DNA of 64,000 nucleotides from Dehalococcoidia bacterium (GCA_965205495.1 CBDBHA010000001.1:264091-328090), one strand, 5' to 3'; shown: positions 16,521 to 25,933, numbered from the stretch's first letter. The notes: generated by a model from the sequence alone, not told the origin. A program made the numbers and translations.

Positions 16521-17783
16521 TTGGCAGCCCGCGGACCAACCAACGTACCGGCCCTGGCGGTCTTGCAAGACCGGGACTTCCGCGCCATGTGGTACGCGGG
16601 TGGGGTGCACGAAGTTTCCCGGCGCATGGAGCTGCTCATCCTGAGCTGGCTCATTTTGCAGACCACCGATTCGCCCTTTATGTTGGGGCTGGTGTTGGTC
16701 TTCAACAACGTTCCCCGTCCCGTTTTTTCCCTCTTTTCCGGGCTGGTGGCCGACCGGTTCAGCCGGTACCGGGTCTTGATGTTGTCCCAAACCTTCAACA
16801 CCCTGGTGGCGGGGACGGTGCTGCTGCTCATCGTGATGGAAAACATTGAGCCGTGGCACGTTTTTTTTGCGGTGTTCATGCAGGGGTTAACCAAGTCTTT
16901 GGAGGACCCGTCACGGCGGACGGCCATCATGGACATTGTGGGGGAGCGGCGGTTGGTCAACGCGTTGTCCCTGGACCAGATGAGCAACACCATCGGCAAG
17001 ATGTCGGGGCCGCTGCTCGGGGGCGTGCTGGTGGACGCTGCCGGATACAACGGGGCCTATATTTTGGTAGTGGTGGCAAACCTGGCAGCCCTGGGTTTTC
17101 TGGCCAGGGTGAGGATTCCCTTTTACCGGAGGGTGGTGGGGCAGGTTGAACCGGTGTGGCGGAGCTTGGCCTTCAGCCTGCGGCACGCTCTTCACCACCC
17201 GGCGTTGTTGGCGATGCTTTACGTGACCATTGTGATGAACGCACTGGCCTTTCCGGTGCAGCAGTTCATCCCGGCAATTGGCCGGGACCACCTGATGGTG
17301 GGTGCGTCGTTGGTGGGGCTTTTGGCGGCGGCGGAAGGTGTGGGGCAGATGATCGGAGCCGCGTTGATGGCGATGACCCGCAACCTGCAATACCACGGGC
17401 GGGTCTTCATGATTGGGTCAACCATCGTTCTGATTATGGCGATTATGTTTGTGTGGTCGCCCTGGTACGCATTGTCGTTTTCATTGCTGACCATTGCCGG
17501 GGTGGGGCAGGCGGGGTTTGGGACGATGCAGAGCAGCATCACGATGCTTTCGGCGCCCCGGGAACTGCGGGGAAGGATGATGGGGCTGATGAGCTTCTGC
17601 ATTGGAGTGGGGACACCGTTGGGCACCTTGGAGATTGGGGCGGTGGCGGCGGCGTTCAGCACCCCCTGGGCGATTACGGTTAATGCCGTTGCGGGGCTGG
17701 TCCTGCTGCTGCCGGCGTTGTTTTTCACGCCCCTAGTTTGGCGGCCAACGGCGCAACCGGAGGCGGCGACAGTCCGGGAATAG
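16521..17783 (+). CDS. MFS transporter
   Basis: 420 aa, 12 predicted TM segments. N-terminal FRAMW..SWLIL pattern as in enterobactin-exporter-like MFS proteins. TTG start. Confidence 0.75.
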   Translation: MAARGPTNVPALAVLQDRDFRAMWYAGGVHEVSRRMELLILSWLILQTTDSPFMLGLVLVFNNVPRPVFSLFSGLVADRFSRYRVLMLSQTFNTLVAGTVLLLIVMENIEPWHVFFAVFMQGLTKSLEDPSRRTAIMDIVGERRLVNALSLDQMSNTIGKMSGPLLGGVLVDAAGYNGAYILVVVANLAALGFLARVRIPFYRRVVGQVEPVWRSLAFSLRHALHHPALLAMLYVTIVMNALAFPVQQFIPAIGRDHLMVGASLVGLLAAAEGVGQMIGAALMAMTRNLQYHGRVFMIGSTIVLIMAIMFVWSPWYALSFSLLTIAGVGQAGFGTMQSSITMLSAPRELRGRMMGLMSFCIGVGTPLGTLEIGAVAAAFSTPWAITVNAVAGLVLLLPALFFTPLVWRPTAQPEAATVRE

Positions 17784-17957
17784 TAAGTGTTCAGGGTTAA
17801 GGAGTCATTCCGTGCCCCTGCCGTCATTCCCGCGAAAGCGGGAATCCAGAAATGACGAGGATAAGCAACCTTGTCTGCTGCAAAGGGCTCTGGATTCCGG
17901 CTCAAGGCCGGAATGACGGTTTAGGGTCAGGATGACTCAGCAACTCTGAACACTTAC
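17783..17957. mobile_element. MITE, family A (IS66-end derived), 175 bp, with perfect 8-bp TSD cgggaata
   Basis: TIRs gtaagtgttcag.. (17783) and ..ctgaacacttac (ends 17957). TSD at 17775-17782 and 17958-17965. Internal hairpin module gtcattcccgcGAAAgcgggaatccag. Confidence 0.85.
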
Positions 17958-18073
17958 CGGGAATAGGCGGTTGTTGCAGACGTGGGTTGGAGGGGTTATA
18001 TTCTCGGCTTGGGGGCGGGAGAATTGGGACCGTTGGAGAGGGAGTTACGACTTTAGCCGACTGGCCGGGACGG

Positions 18074-18628
18074 ATGCAGGAGATGGCGGAGTTTGTCGGG
18101 CTTTCGGCAGAGGAACGGGAGCTGATCCGGGAAACGTCGCCGCTGCTGTTGAAGCACGCCGACGAATTGACGGCGGCGATTTACGATCATTTCTTGAAAT
18201 TCCCCGACGCGGCCAGGTTTTTCTTGACCGAAGAGGGGGAGGTGGACCAGGAGCGGATCGACCGGCGGAAGCACAGCCTGGTGCGCTGGGTGTTGGGGTC
18301 GATTGATTTTGACATTGAGGGGGACTTTTCGGTGTTCCTGCTGGCCATCGGGTTGGTGCACAGCCATCCCGGGTCGCATCGGGCGCACCTTGGGTCGGTG
18401 CCCAGCCGGTTTATGATTGGGACCATGTCCTTCGCGCAGACGGCGTTTACCCAATTGCTGCTGGAGGAGATGGAGGACAAGGAAACGGCGTTACGGGCGG
18501 CGGTTGCTTGGAACAAGCAATTCATGGTGCAACTGGACGTGCTGCTGGCGGGATACGTGACGGAGCGGCCCATTGAACCGGAAAGGGCCGGAACGAGCGG
18601 GGGTGAGATTCCCCGGGAAAACGGTTGA
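18074..18628 (+). CDS. Protoglobin / globin-sensor-domain-like protein
   Basis: FVGLSAEERELIRETSPLL..HADELTAAIYDHFLKFPDAARFF..H..L..W, as in protoglobin-family sensor globins. Start set at MQEMAEF. Confidence 0.6.
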   Translation: MQEMAEFVGLSAEERELIRETSPLLLKHADELTAAIYDHFLKFPDAARFFLTEEGEVDQERIDRRKHSLVRWVLGSIDFDIEGDFSVFLLAIGLVHSHPGSHRAHLGSVPSRFMIGTMSFAQTAFTQLLLEEMEDKETALRAAVAWNKQFMVQLDVLLAGYVTERPIEPERAGTSGGEIPRENG

Positions 18629-18656
18629 TAATTAGAAAACATTTTAGGAGGCGGCC

Positions 18657-19088
18657 ATGACCAAGGTGCTGGTAATTCAGGGAGCGGGTATGAACATGAG
18701 GGGGAAGGTGCAGTTGGAGGTCTTCGGGCCGAACACGCTGGAGCAGATCAACGAGCAGGTGATGGGGTACGCGGAAGGGTTGGGGATTGACGTGGAGATA
18801 TTCCACTCCAACGTGGAAGGAGAAGTGGTTAACGCGCTGTACGACGCCCATGACGGGGACGTGGACGCGGCGTTAATCAACCCGGCGAGTTACACCACGG
18901 GCACCGGTCCGTTGAAGGCGGCGATAGCCCAGGTGCGGTTCCCAGTAATAGAGGTACACGCTTCCAACCCGACATCCCGGGGGACGGTTTCGCAGGTGCA
19001 GCCGGTGAGCAAGGGTTCGGTGTACGGGTTTGGGGTGTATGGCTATTACCTGGCCCTGGAGGCGGTCAAGCACATGACCGAAGATTAA
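18657..19088 (+). CDS. aroQ: Type II 3-dehydroquinate dehydratase
   Basis: 143 aa. VLVIQGAGMNMRG, FHSNVEGE, INPASYT, IEVHASN pattern. AGGAGG RBS. Confidence 0.7.
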   Translation: MTKVLVIQGAGMNMRGKVQLEVFGPNTLEQINEQVMGYAEGLGIDVEIFHSNVEGEVVNALYDAHDGDVDAALINPASYTTGTGPLKAAIAQVRFPVIEVHASNPTSRGTVSQVQPVSKGSVYGFGVYGYYLALEAVKHMTED

Positions 19089-19120
19089 GCCTGGGGAAGG
19101 AGACTGGCGAATGATGTTCG

Positions 19121-19141
19121 GGGCGGGTCCAAGACCCGCCC
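19121..19141. terminator. GC-rich hairpin between convergent genes
   Basis: gggcgggtc-caa-gacccgccc, a perfect 9-bp stem. No clear U-tract. Confidence 0.4.
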
Positions 19142-19180
19142 TGTGCTTGGGCCGGTGAGGAATGCCGATGGGCGGAGGAG

Positions 19181-19372
19181 TTATTCGCAGCGGAGGCAGC
19201 GAACTTCGGTAAAGACCTCGTCGTGAATGCCGGGGTTGACGATCATGTAGTCCATGACGATGCGGAGGGCTTTGCCCTGGGAACCGACGTCGTACTTTTC
19301 CATGACTGAGTTGAGGAGGCCGATGTGTTCCGCGTTGAGGTCGACGGGGAGTTCGGTCTTGGTTCCAGCCAT
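19181..19372 (-). CDS. Small hypothetical protein (possible ribbon-helix-helix fold)
   Basis: 63 aa. ATG preceded by AGGAG. Beta-alpha-alpha-like pattern ELPVDL / AEHIGLLNSVMEKY / GKALRIVMDYM. Confidence 0.45.
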   Translation of the reverse strand: MAGTKTELPVDLNAEHIGLLNSVMEKYDVGSQGKALRIVMDYMIVNPGIHDEVFTEVRCLRCE

Positions 19373-19455
19373 AATGATTTGCTCCTGTCGTTTTTAGAGG
19401 GTTGGTGGTGAGAAGGCCCATAGCAGGTTGGGCACAGCGGATAGGGATTCGGAAA

Positions 19456-19734
19456 TTACTTGAAGAAAAGGGCAATTATACCGGTGAACGAAGTTACCCA
19501 CGAGCCCGCAACCATAATTGTCAGAGTGTTGAACCGGCTGTTTGATTCGGCCCTGAGTTCGCTTATCTCAGTCTTTACTTCGTCCCTGAGCCCCTTAATC
19601 TCGGTGTTCGTATCAGAGCGGAGGACATGGATTTCCTCACGCACCCCGATAATGGACTGATGCAGGTCGCCCAGCCGGTGATCGATCTGCTCCAGGGCAC
19701 CTTCAAGGCGGCTGACCCGGTCTTCGAGGGTCAT
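19456..19734 (-). CDS. Small coiled-coil protein with a C-terminal membrane anchor
   Basis: 92 aa from MTLEDRVSRLEG. Heptad-like repeats, then MVAGSWVTSFTGIIALFF. GGAG lies 6 nt upstream. The longer listed ORF overlaps the tRNA and argC. Confidence 0.5.
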   Translation of the reverse strand: MTLEDRVSRLEGALEQIDHRLGDLHQSIIGVREEIHVLRSDTNTEIKGLRDEVKTEISELRAESNSRFNTLTIMVAGSWVTSFTGIIALFFK

Positions 19735-19763
19735 CGTATCGCTCCGGTTCCCGCCGTAGAGTT

Positions 19764-19841
19764 TGGTACCCCGGAAGGGCTTCGATCCCTTGATCTCCAC
19801 CTTGAAAGGGTGGCGTCCTAACCTGGCTAGACGACCGGGGC
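19764..19841 (-). tRNA. tRNA-Glu (anticodon UUC)
   Basis: Reverse complement folds as a cloverleaf. Acceptor gccccgg/ccggggt (G1-U72), D arm gtct..ggac, anticodon stem ccacc/ggtgg with loop cTTTCaa, T arm aaggg-atcgaag-ccctt, then A-CCA. Confidence 0.8.
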
Positions 19842-19862
19842 ACGGGAATATTTTACAATAAA

Positions 19863-20888
19863 CTAGGGATAGACCGCCACCGCCGCGAGGGCCAGGTCTT
19901 CGGGGAAACCGCACATTAGGTTCATGTTTTGGACGGCCTGGCCGGCGGCTCCCTTGACCAGGTTGTCGATGCAGGAGATGACGATGAGGCGGCCGGTGCG
20001 TTGGTCGACGGTGGGGTAGACCAGGCATTGGTTGTTGCCCAGGGTCTGCTTGGTCTGGGGGGGTTGGGGAGTTACGACCACGAAGGGGTCGTCCCGGTAG
20101 AAGTCCTGGTAGCGTTCCCGAATTTTGGCGGCGGCATCGCCGCCCAACACGTCGGGGCGCAACTTGGCGTAGCAGGAACTGAGGATGCCCCGGGTCATGG
20201 GGATGAGGTGGGTCAGGAAGGTTATCTGGAGGTCGTCCTGGGAGAGGGCTTGCAGTTCTTGCTGGATTTCAGGGAGGTGGCGGTGGCCGCCGACCGAGTA
20301 GGCCATGACGTTTTCGTTGACTTCGGAGTAGTGGGTGGTGAGGGCCAGGCTGCGGCCGGCGCCGGAGATGCCGGACTTGCTGTCGATGATGATGTTTTCG
20401 TCGATAAAACCCTGCTGGACGGCCGGAGCGAGGGCCAGGATGGCGCTGGTGGGGTAGCAGCCCGGGTTGGCGACTAGCTTGGCGTCCTTGACCTCCTCGT
20501 GGTGGAGCTCGGTGAGGCCGTAGACGGCGTCTTCCAGGTAGGAAGGGTCGGGATGGTCGACGCCGTACCACCGGGTATATTCGTCGGCCTGTTTCAGGCG
20601 GAAATCGGCGCTGATGTCCACCGTTTTGATCCCCTGTTCCAGGAGGGGGATGCAGGCTTCGGCGCTGGCTTTGTGGGGGAGGGCGGAGAAAACCAAGTCC
20701 AGGTCGCCTTCCAGTTCGGGAGTGATGGTCAAGTCCAGGGTTTGCAGGTGGGGGAAGACCTCACCCAGGGACTGACCGGCGGCGCTGCGGCCGGTGACGG
20801 AGACGATTTCCACTTCCGGGTGTTGGAAGAGGATGCGGGCCAGTTCGGAGCCCGCGTAGCCTGTGACGTTGATGATGCCTATTTTCAT
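19863..20888 (-). CDS. argC: N-acetyl-gamma-glutamyl-phosphate reductase
   Basis: 341 aa. MKIGIINVTGYAGSEL and GCYPTS active-site region. Start overlaps the nth stop (ATGA). Confidence 0.9.
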   Translation of the reverse strand: MKIGIINVTGYAGSELARILFQHPEVEIVSVTGRSAAGQSLGEVFPHLQTLDLTITPELEGDLDLVFSALPHKASAEACIPLLEQGIKTVDISADFRLKQADEYTRWYGVDHPDPSYLEDAVYGLTELHHEEVKDAKLVANPGCYPTSAILALAPAVQQGFIDENIIIDSKSGISGAGRSLALTTHYSEVNENVMAYSVGGHRHLPEIQQELQALSQDDLQITFLTHLIPMTRGILSSCYAKLRPDVLGGDAAAKIRERYQDFYRDDPFVVVTPQPPQTKQTLGNNQCLVYPTVDQRTGRLIVISCIDNLVKGAAGQAVQNMNLMCGFPEDLALAAVAVYP

Positions 20889-21697
20889 TTTTTGCGCTCC
20901 CGCGTTTTAGGTGTGTGGGGAAGCTGTTGCAGCTTTTCTTTGCCCGTGCGCTTGCTCTGGCGTTTTGGGGGCGGGGCCGCGGGAGGTGCATCTTCCGGCG
21001 GCCCCATCATTCGGTCCCGAGCGGGGCATCCGAAACCGATGACGCATTCCTCGCAAAGGGGGCGTTGGGCCTTGCAGACCTGACGCCCGTGGGTGATGAC
21101 GGCGACGTGGAAGGGGAAGACCTGGGCGGGTTCCACGGCGGCTTCCAGGATGTCGTGGGCCTTGTCGGCGTTGACCTTGGGTCCGATGAGGGCCAGCCGT
21201 TGGCAGACCCGGAAGATGTGGGTGTCGACGGCCATGGCCGGCATTCCCAAGGAGAAGTTCAGGATGATGCCGGCGGACTTGGGGCCGATGCCCTTGAGTT
21301 GGCGCAGCCAGGCCTTGGCCTCGGCGAGAGGCATCTCGGCCAGGAAGGTCAGGTCGAGGGAGTCCTGGTTCAGGTCGAGGATTTGGGTGAGGACTTGCTT
21401 GATGCGGGGGGCCTTAATCTTGGCCAGGCCGCCGATGCTGATAGCGGACTCGATGTCTGGGATACCGGCCTGGGCGACGGCTTGCAGGGAGCCGAAACGC
21501 TGCATAAGTTGACGGAAGGCGCGTTCGGAGTTGGTGTCGGAAGTGTGCTGGGAGAGGATGGTAAAGACAAGCTCGTGGGCCGGGTCCAAGCGGGGTTCAT
21601 CGGGGAAAGGGCCGTACTGCTCGGTAAGCAACCGTATGATTTCCGGTATTTCAATCCCCGGAGTAGGGGCCTCTTGGACGGGAGGTTTCGCAGGCAT
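20885..21697 (-). CDS. nth: Endonuclease III-like HhH-GPD DNA glycosylase with an Fe-S cluster loop
   Basis: HhH (LKGIGPKSAG), catalytic D region and C-x6-C-x2-C-x5-C (CKAQRPLCEECVIGFGC). Lys/Arg-rich C-terminal tail. Confidence 0.8.
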   Translation of the reverse strand: MPAKPPVQEAPTPGIEIPEIIRLLTEQYGPFPDEPRLDPAHELVFTILSQHTSDTNSERAFRQLMQRFGSLQAVAQAGIPDIESAISIGGLAKIKAPRIKQVLTQILDLNQDSLDLTFLAEMPLAEAKAWLRQLKGIGPKSAGIILNFSLGMPAMAVDTHIFRVCQRLALIGPKVNADKAHDILEAAVEPAQVFPFHVAVITHGRQVCKAQRPLCEECVIGFGCPARDRMMGPPEDAPPAAPPPKRQSKRTGKEKLQQLPHTPKTRERKK

Positions 21698-22055
21698 TCA
21701 GGAACCGCTATCGGAATGAGACATTAGACGCCGATTCTAGCATTCTTGGGGGAGAAGGCTCAAGGGATGGAGATGGGTTGCTGGGGTGTTTCGGTTTAGG
21801 CTGGGGGTGGTTGGTGTTGGCGGTCGGTGTTGGAGGCCCCGTGGTGATTGTGGGGAGGGTGGAATTGGGGGTTGGAGATTGTGTTGGGCCGGGATTTTAG
21901 ACCCCTCGCTATGTCGGGGTGACCCTGCGACGGGTTCAGGGCGAACGGACGGGGAGTCGGGGTGACAAGTTTAAGGGGCCGGGAGGGCCGGTGATTGATT
22001 TGGCCCAGTTATAACCGGCTGGCCCGGTCGATGGGCGGGGCGGTCTGGTCAGCGG

Positions 22056-22955
22056 TTAGGAACCGCCGTGGGCGTCGTCGCGTTGGGAGCGGAGGAAAAG
22101 CTCCAACTCCCGGACCACCTCGGAGGGGTCGGGCATTTCGCTGGAAGCGGCTTTTTCGTCGTAGCGGTCTTCCAGTTTCTTGATGTATTCCCGCAACTGT
22201 TCGTCCTGGTCGACGGCCTTGACCACTTCGGCGTCGAAGGTGTCGGCGGCGGCGGCCAACTCGGTGAGGTCGAAGGGGATTTCGAGCAAGGAGACCAGAT
22301 GCTTGGCCAGGTTGTAGCTAATGCGGTAATTGGGGGCGGCCTGTAGGTAATGGGGGGTGTTGCCCCAGAGGGATGCGTAGGCGAGGCCCTGCTTGAGGCA
22401 GGCGTCCATGACGGCGGTGCTGATGCCGGTGGGGCCCTGGTAGTTGGACTGGGTTACGCTGGCGGATTCCAGGGCTTTTTGGATGTTGGGCTGGGTGGAG
22501 GAGCCGGTCAAGCGGACGGGGCGGGTATGGGGTATGGCGTCCAAGAGGGCGCCGACGTGAATGACGTTTTTAACGCCGGACTGTTTGGCCAGTTCGGCGA
22601 CGATATTGGAGAAGGTGCGCCAGCGGAGGTTGGGCTCGACGCCGAGGAGGAACATGAGGCCGTTGGAGCCGGAGCCTTCTTGGCCGGGCCAGTAGTAGAA
22701 CTCGTTGGCGGGCCAGTGGATACGGCGGCGGCCGTCCCGCGTGCGGCTGGAGCGGGGGCGTTCCTTGGTGAAGACGAAGAACTCTTCGGGGTCGATTTCG
22801 GCGAACTTGGTAGCGCCGAGTTTACGGAGGAGATATTTGATGGTATTGGTGGCGCTCTCGGCGGCGTCGGGCCAGCCGGCGTAGGCGATGAGCATGTTTT
22901 CCAATTTGATTGGTGGGGACTCGTGGATGGTCAGAAAGTCGGAAAGGGGTGACAC
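22056..22955 (-). CDS. PAC2-family (proteasome-assembly-chaperone-like) protein
   Basis: LIAYAGWPDA.., FLLGVEPNLRW, GPTGIS. GTG start at 22955 with a GAGGAG 6 nt upstream. Confidence 0.6.
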   Translation of the reverse strand: MSPLSDFLTIHESPPIKLENMLIAYAGWPDAAESATNTIKYLLRKLGATKFAEIDPEEFFVFTKERPRSSRTRDGRRRIHWPANEFYYWPGQEGSGSNGLMFLLGVEPNLRWRTFSNIVAELAKQSGVKNVIHVGALLDAIPHTRPVRLTGSSTQPNIQKALESASVTQSNYQGPTGISTAVMDACLKQGLAYASLWGNTPHYLQAAPNYRISYNLAKHLVSLLEIPFDLTELAAAADTFDAEVVKAVDQDEQLREYIKKLEDRYDEKAASSEMPDPSEVVRELELFLRSQRDDAHGGS

Positions 22956-23077
22956 TGGTCTCTCCTCTAGGCAGGCGAGGCTGACAGAATCCGCGGCCGA
23001 AGTCAGTTTAGCATCACCCTGGGAATGCCACAACAAAAAACAGATAACACGGAGCAATCGCGTTTTAATTTCTCACG

Positions 23078-23207
23078 ATGTCATTCTGACGGAGCGGAGC
23101 GGAGGAAGAATCTAAAATCCTTGGGGTGAGACGCTTTGCGATACCGGACAACCCTTGCCCCGAGGGATTTCAGATTCCTCGCTCCGCTCGGAATGACAAT
23201 TAGGGGA
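23078..23207. repeat. Inverted pair of gtcattc..ggaagaatctaaaat hairpin-repeat units
   Basis: Left arm gtcattctgacggagcggagcggaggaagaatctaaaatcc. Right arm ggatttcagattcctcgctccgctcggaatgac. About 50-nt spacer. Confidence 0.8.
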
Positions 23208-23297
23208 TGCCGGTGATTCAAACGCGATTGACCTGAGCTAACACTTTGGGGACTTGGATACCCAGAAATGGGGCATTTGGGGGAATTGGACGGTGGG

Positions 23298-23678
23298 TTA
23301 AGCCAAGGCCCGGCCCAGGAGGAGGCCGATATAGGCGGCTGCTAGACCCAGGACCAGGTTGCCCAGGATGCTGGCGGCGGCCCGGACCAATTCTCCGTCT
23401 TCCACCAGGCGGACGGATTCCAGGCTGAGGGTGGAGAAGGTGGTATAGCCGCCGAGGAATCCCACCGCGACGAGACTTCTCCCCCAGTTGCCGGATAGTG
23501 GTTTTTCACCCCCCAGGGCCAAGGCGATGAACAGGCCCAGAAGAAAGGAGCCGGTGACGTTGACGATGAAGGTGCCCATGACCGTTGTGGGGCCAAGGTA
23601 GGAGGCGGCCAACCGTCCCACGCCGTAGCGGAGGACGGAGCCCCCGGCGCCGCCGAGGGCTACCAACAGCCAGGCCAT
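23298..23678 (-). CDS. crcB: Fluoride ion channel CrcB/FluC
   Basis: 126 aa. GGAGGSVLRY, TFIVNVTGSF, GFLGGYTTFST. Confidence 0.9.
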   Translation of the reverse strand: MAWLLVALGGAGGSVLRYGVGRLAASYLGPTTVMGTFIVNVTGSFLLGLFIALALGGEKPLSGNWGRSLVAVGFLGGYTTFSTLSLESVRLVEDGELVRAAASILGNLVLGLAAAYIGLLLGRALA

Positions 23679-23734
23679 TCTACGTTTGCCGGGTGGACCG
23701 GCCGCGGGATTGGGGCACGGTGCGGGGTTTCAGG

Positions 23735-24910
23735 TTAGGCCCAGACGCCGCGTTCGTTGAGGGTGTTTTCATCCAGTTCCACCCCCCAGCCGGGCCGGTC
23801 CAGGAGGGTAAGCTCGCCGTTCTTGATTTCGGGGCGGACGGTGAATAGCTCCTCCCAGATGGGGTCGCGGTCGGCGGTGGGGAAGGTCTCGACGATTTCG
23901 CCCACGGGGAGGCCGGCGACGAGGTGGCCGTGGACCTGGGGGTCGTGGTGGGGAGCCAGGCGGACGTTTTGCATGGCGCACATGCCGGCGACCTTGAGGC
24001 ATTCGGTGATGCCGGCGGCACGGGTGCAGTCGAATTGCATGACTTTGACGCCGCCCCGGATGATGAGGTCGCGGGCGTCCCAGCGGTGGGCGCAGTTTTC
24101 GCCGGAAGCGATGGGGATGGAGGTAGCGGCGGCGACCTGGCCGAGGCCCTCGACCCGGTCGTACCAGTGGACCGGTTCTTCCAGCCAGCGGATGCCGAAG
24201 GGTTCCAGTAGTTGGGCGGCGCGGATGGCGGTGGGGACGTCGTAGCCTTCGTTGACGTCCAACATCAGGTCGACGCCGTCGCCTACCGATTCACGGACGG
24301 CCTTGACCCGGGCGACGTCTTCTTCGACGGGAACGTGGCCGATCTTGAGCTTGATGGCGTTGTAGCCCATGTCCACGTAGGTCTCGCATTCCTGGACGAG
24401 GTCGGCGGTGGTCTTGCCGTCCTGGTAGTAGCCGCCGGTGACGTAGCAGGGGATGGTGCTGCGGGTGCCGCCGAGGAGTTGGTAGATAGGCATGTTGGCG
24501 GCCTTACCCTTGATGTCCCAAAGAGCGATGTCAACGCCGGCGATGGCGGTCATCATTTGAGGACGGCCCCAACCGGCGACGGCCCAACCGACCTGGTGGT
24601 TGAGGTTGAACATGAGGTCCCAGAGCCGCTCGTTATCGCGGGGGTCTTCCCCGATGAGGAGGGGTTTAAGGACGTCGGCGACCAGGCGGGCGGCGCCGGC
24701 GGCCTGGCGGTTGCCAGCGGCGTCCTGGGTGTATAGGCCGGGGAAGGGGGCCCCCTGGCTGTGGGCTTCGCCGACGCCGTAGATTCCTTCGTCGGTATGG
24801 ATACGGACGACCAGTTCGTTGACCCGGCCGATGGTGCGGAGGGCGGTCCAGAACTCCTTTTCGGGCGGCGGCCAGACCAGGACGATGGCTTCGATGTCGG
24901 TGATTTTCAT
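23735..24910 (-). CDS. Enolase-superfamily enzyme (mandelate racemase/muconate lactonizing family)
   Basis: 391 aa. MKITDIEA..VRIHTDEGIYGVGEA, KLKIG, DVNEGY, EEP, ASGE metal-ligand pattern. Confidence 0.85.
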   Translation of the reverse strand: MKITDIEAIVLVWPPPEKEFWTALRTIGRVNELVVRIHTDEGIYGVGEAHSQGAPFPGLYTQDAAGNRQAAGAARLVADVLKPLLIGEDPRDNERLWDLMFNLNHQVGWAVAGWGRPQMMTAIAGVDIALWDIKGKAANMPIYQLLGGTRSTIPCYVTGGYYQDGKTTADLVQECETYVDMGYNAIKLKIGHVPVEEDVARVKAVRESVGDGVDLMLDVNEGYDVPTAIRAAQLLEPFGIRWLEEPVHWYDRVEGLGQVAAATSIPIASGENCAHRWDARDLIIRGGVKVMQFDCTRAAGITECLKVAGMCAMQNVRLAPHHDPQVHGHLVAGLPVGEIVETFPTADRDPIWEELFTVRPEIKNGELTLLDRPGWGVELDENTLNERGVWA

Positions 24911-24950
24911 TGGGACTCCTGGTGATGGGTTTTAGGGTTGGGGCGCGCAA

Positions 24951-25814
24951 TCAGCCGCGGACGATGATACCGGAGCCGCGGGTCTTCATGGACCTGCTGT
25001 AGACGGAGGTGCGGGCGGTGAAGTACATGGTGGAGTTGTTGGGGCCGCCCCAGGCGCAGTTGGCGGGTATTTCGGGGAGGCGGATGATGCCGAGGTGGGA
25101 GCCGTCGGGGTCGAAGACCCAGCAGCCGCCGGGGCCGGTGCAGTAGACGCGGCCCTGGGCGTCGACTTTCATGCCGTCGGGGACACCGTCGGGTTCTTCG
25201 GAGGACATATCGGCGAAGCGGCGGCCGTTGGAGACGGTGCCGTCGGCGTTGACGTCGTAGACGTTAATCTGCATGGCGTCGCGGGTATTGGCGACGTAGA
25301 GACGGGACTCGTCGGGGGAGAAGGCGAGGCCGTTGGGGTATTGGGTGTCGCCGAGGACGGCGGTGACGGAGCCATCGGAGGCGATGCGGTGGACGCCGCT
25401 GAAGTCGATTTCACGCTCCTCCGGGGGAATGCGGCCGTTGGGGTTGGTGAAGTAGAGGCTGCCGTCGGACTTGCAGACGATGTCGTTGGGGCGGTGGAGG
25501 CGTTTGCCGTCCCAATTGTCGGTGAGGACGGTGATGGAGCCGTCGGGTTCCATGCGGGTGATGCGGCGGTTGTCGCCCTCGCACATGACGAGGCGGCCGG
25601 AGAGGTCAAAGGTCAAGCCGTTGGAACCGCCGCTGTTGTCGCGGAAGGTCTCGGGTTGCCTGCCGGGGATGACCCGGTGGATCGTGCTGGTGCGGATATC
25701 TACGAAGAGGAGGCTGCCGTCGGAGCGCCAGAGGGGGCCTTCGGTGAACTGGAAGCCGGTGGCTACGAGGTAGGTGTCGTTGGACGCCAGGACTTCGTCT
25801 AGTCTATCGGGCAT
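24951..25814 (-). CDS. SMP-30/gluconolactonase/LRE-family protein
   Basis: FTEGPLW, LLFVDI, PNDIVC, PNGLAFSPDE, PDGMKVD. Start at MPDRLDE with a GAGGGGGG RBS. 40 nt upstream of the enolase-family gene. Confidence 0.85.
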   Translation of the reverse strand: MPDRLDEVLASNDTYLVATGFQFTEGPLWRSDGSLLFVDIRTSTIHRVIPGRQPETFRDNSGGSNGLTFDLSGRLVMCEGDNRRITRMEPDGSITVLTDNWDGKRLHRPNDIVCKSDGSLYFTNPNGRIPPEEREIDFSGVHRIASDGSVTAVLGDTQYPNGLAFSPDESRLYVANTRDAMQINVYDVNADGTVSNGRRFADMSSEEPDGVPDGMKVDAQGRVYCTGPGGCWVFDPDGSHLGIIRLPEIPANCAWGGPNNSTMYFTARTSVYSRSMKTRGSGIIVRG

Positions 25815-25933
25815 TGGCCCCCCTCGGTTGAACGATTGTGGGAGTGGCTGGGAAATCCGGCGGCCCGATTGGAGTATAAAACGCGGCGGGGGGCACTTCA
25901 ACCGAGGCTTTTTTTTGGTTCTTGCCTCTGGGG

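Noticed and set aside
23679-23734. Possible fluoride (crcB-motif) riboswitch upstream of crcB
   Set aside because: Only about 56 nt separate crcB from the upstream enolase-family gene. The sequence (cctaacctgaaaccccgcaccgtgccccaatcccgcggccggtccacccggcaaacgtag on the coding strand) lacks the conserved GAUG / CUGAUG-type core segments I recall for that riboswitch.
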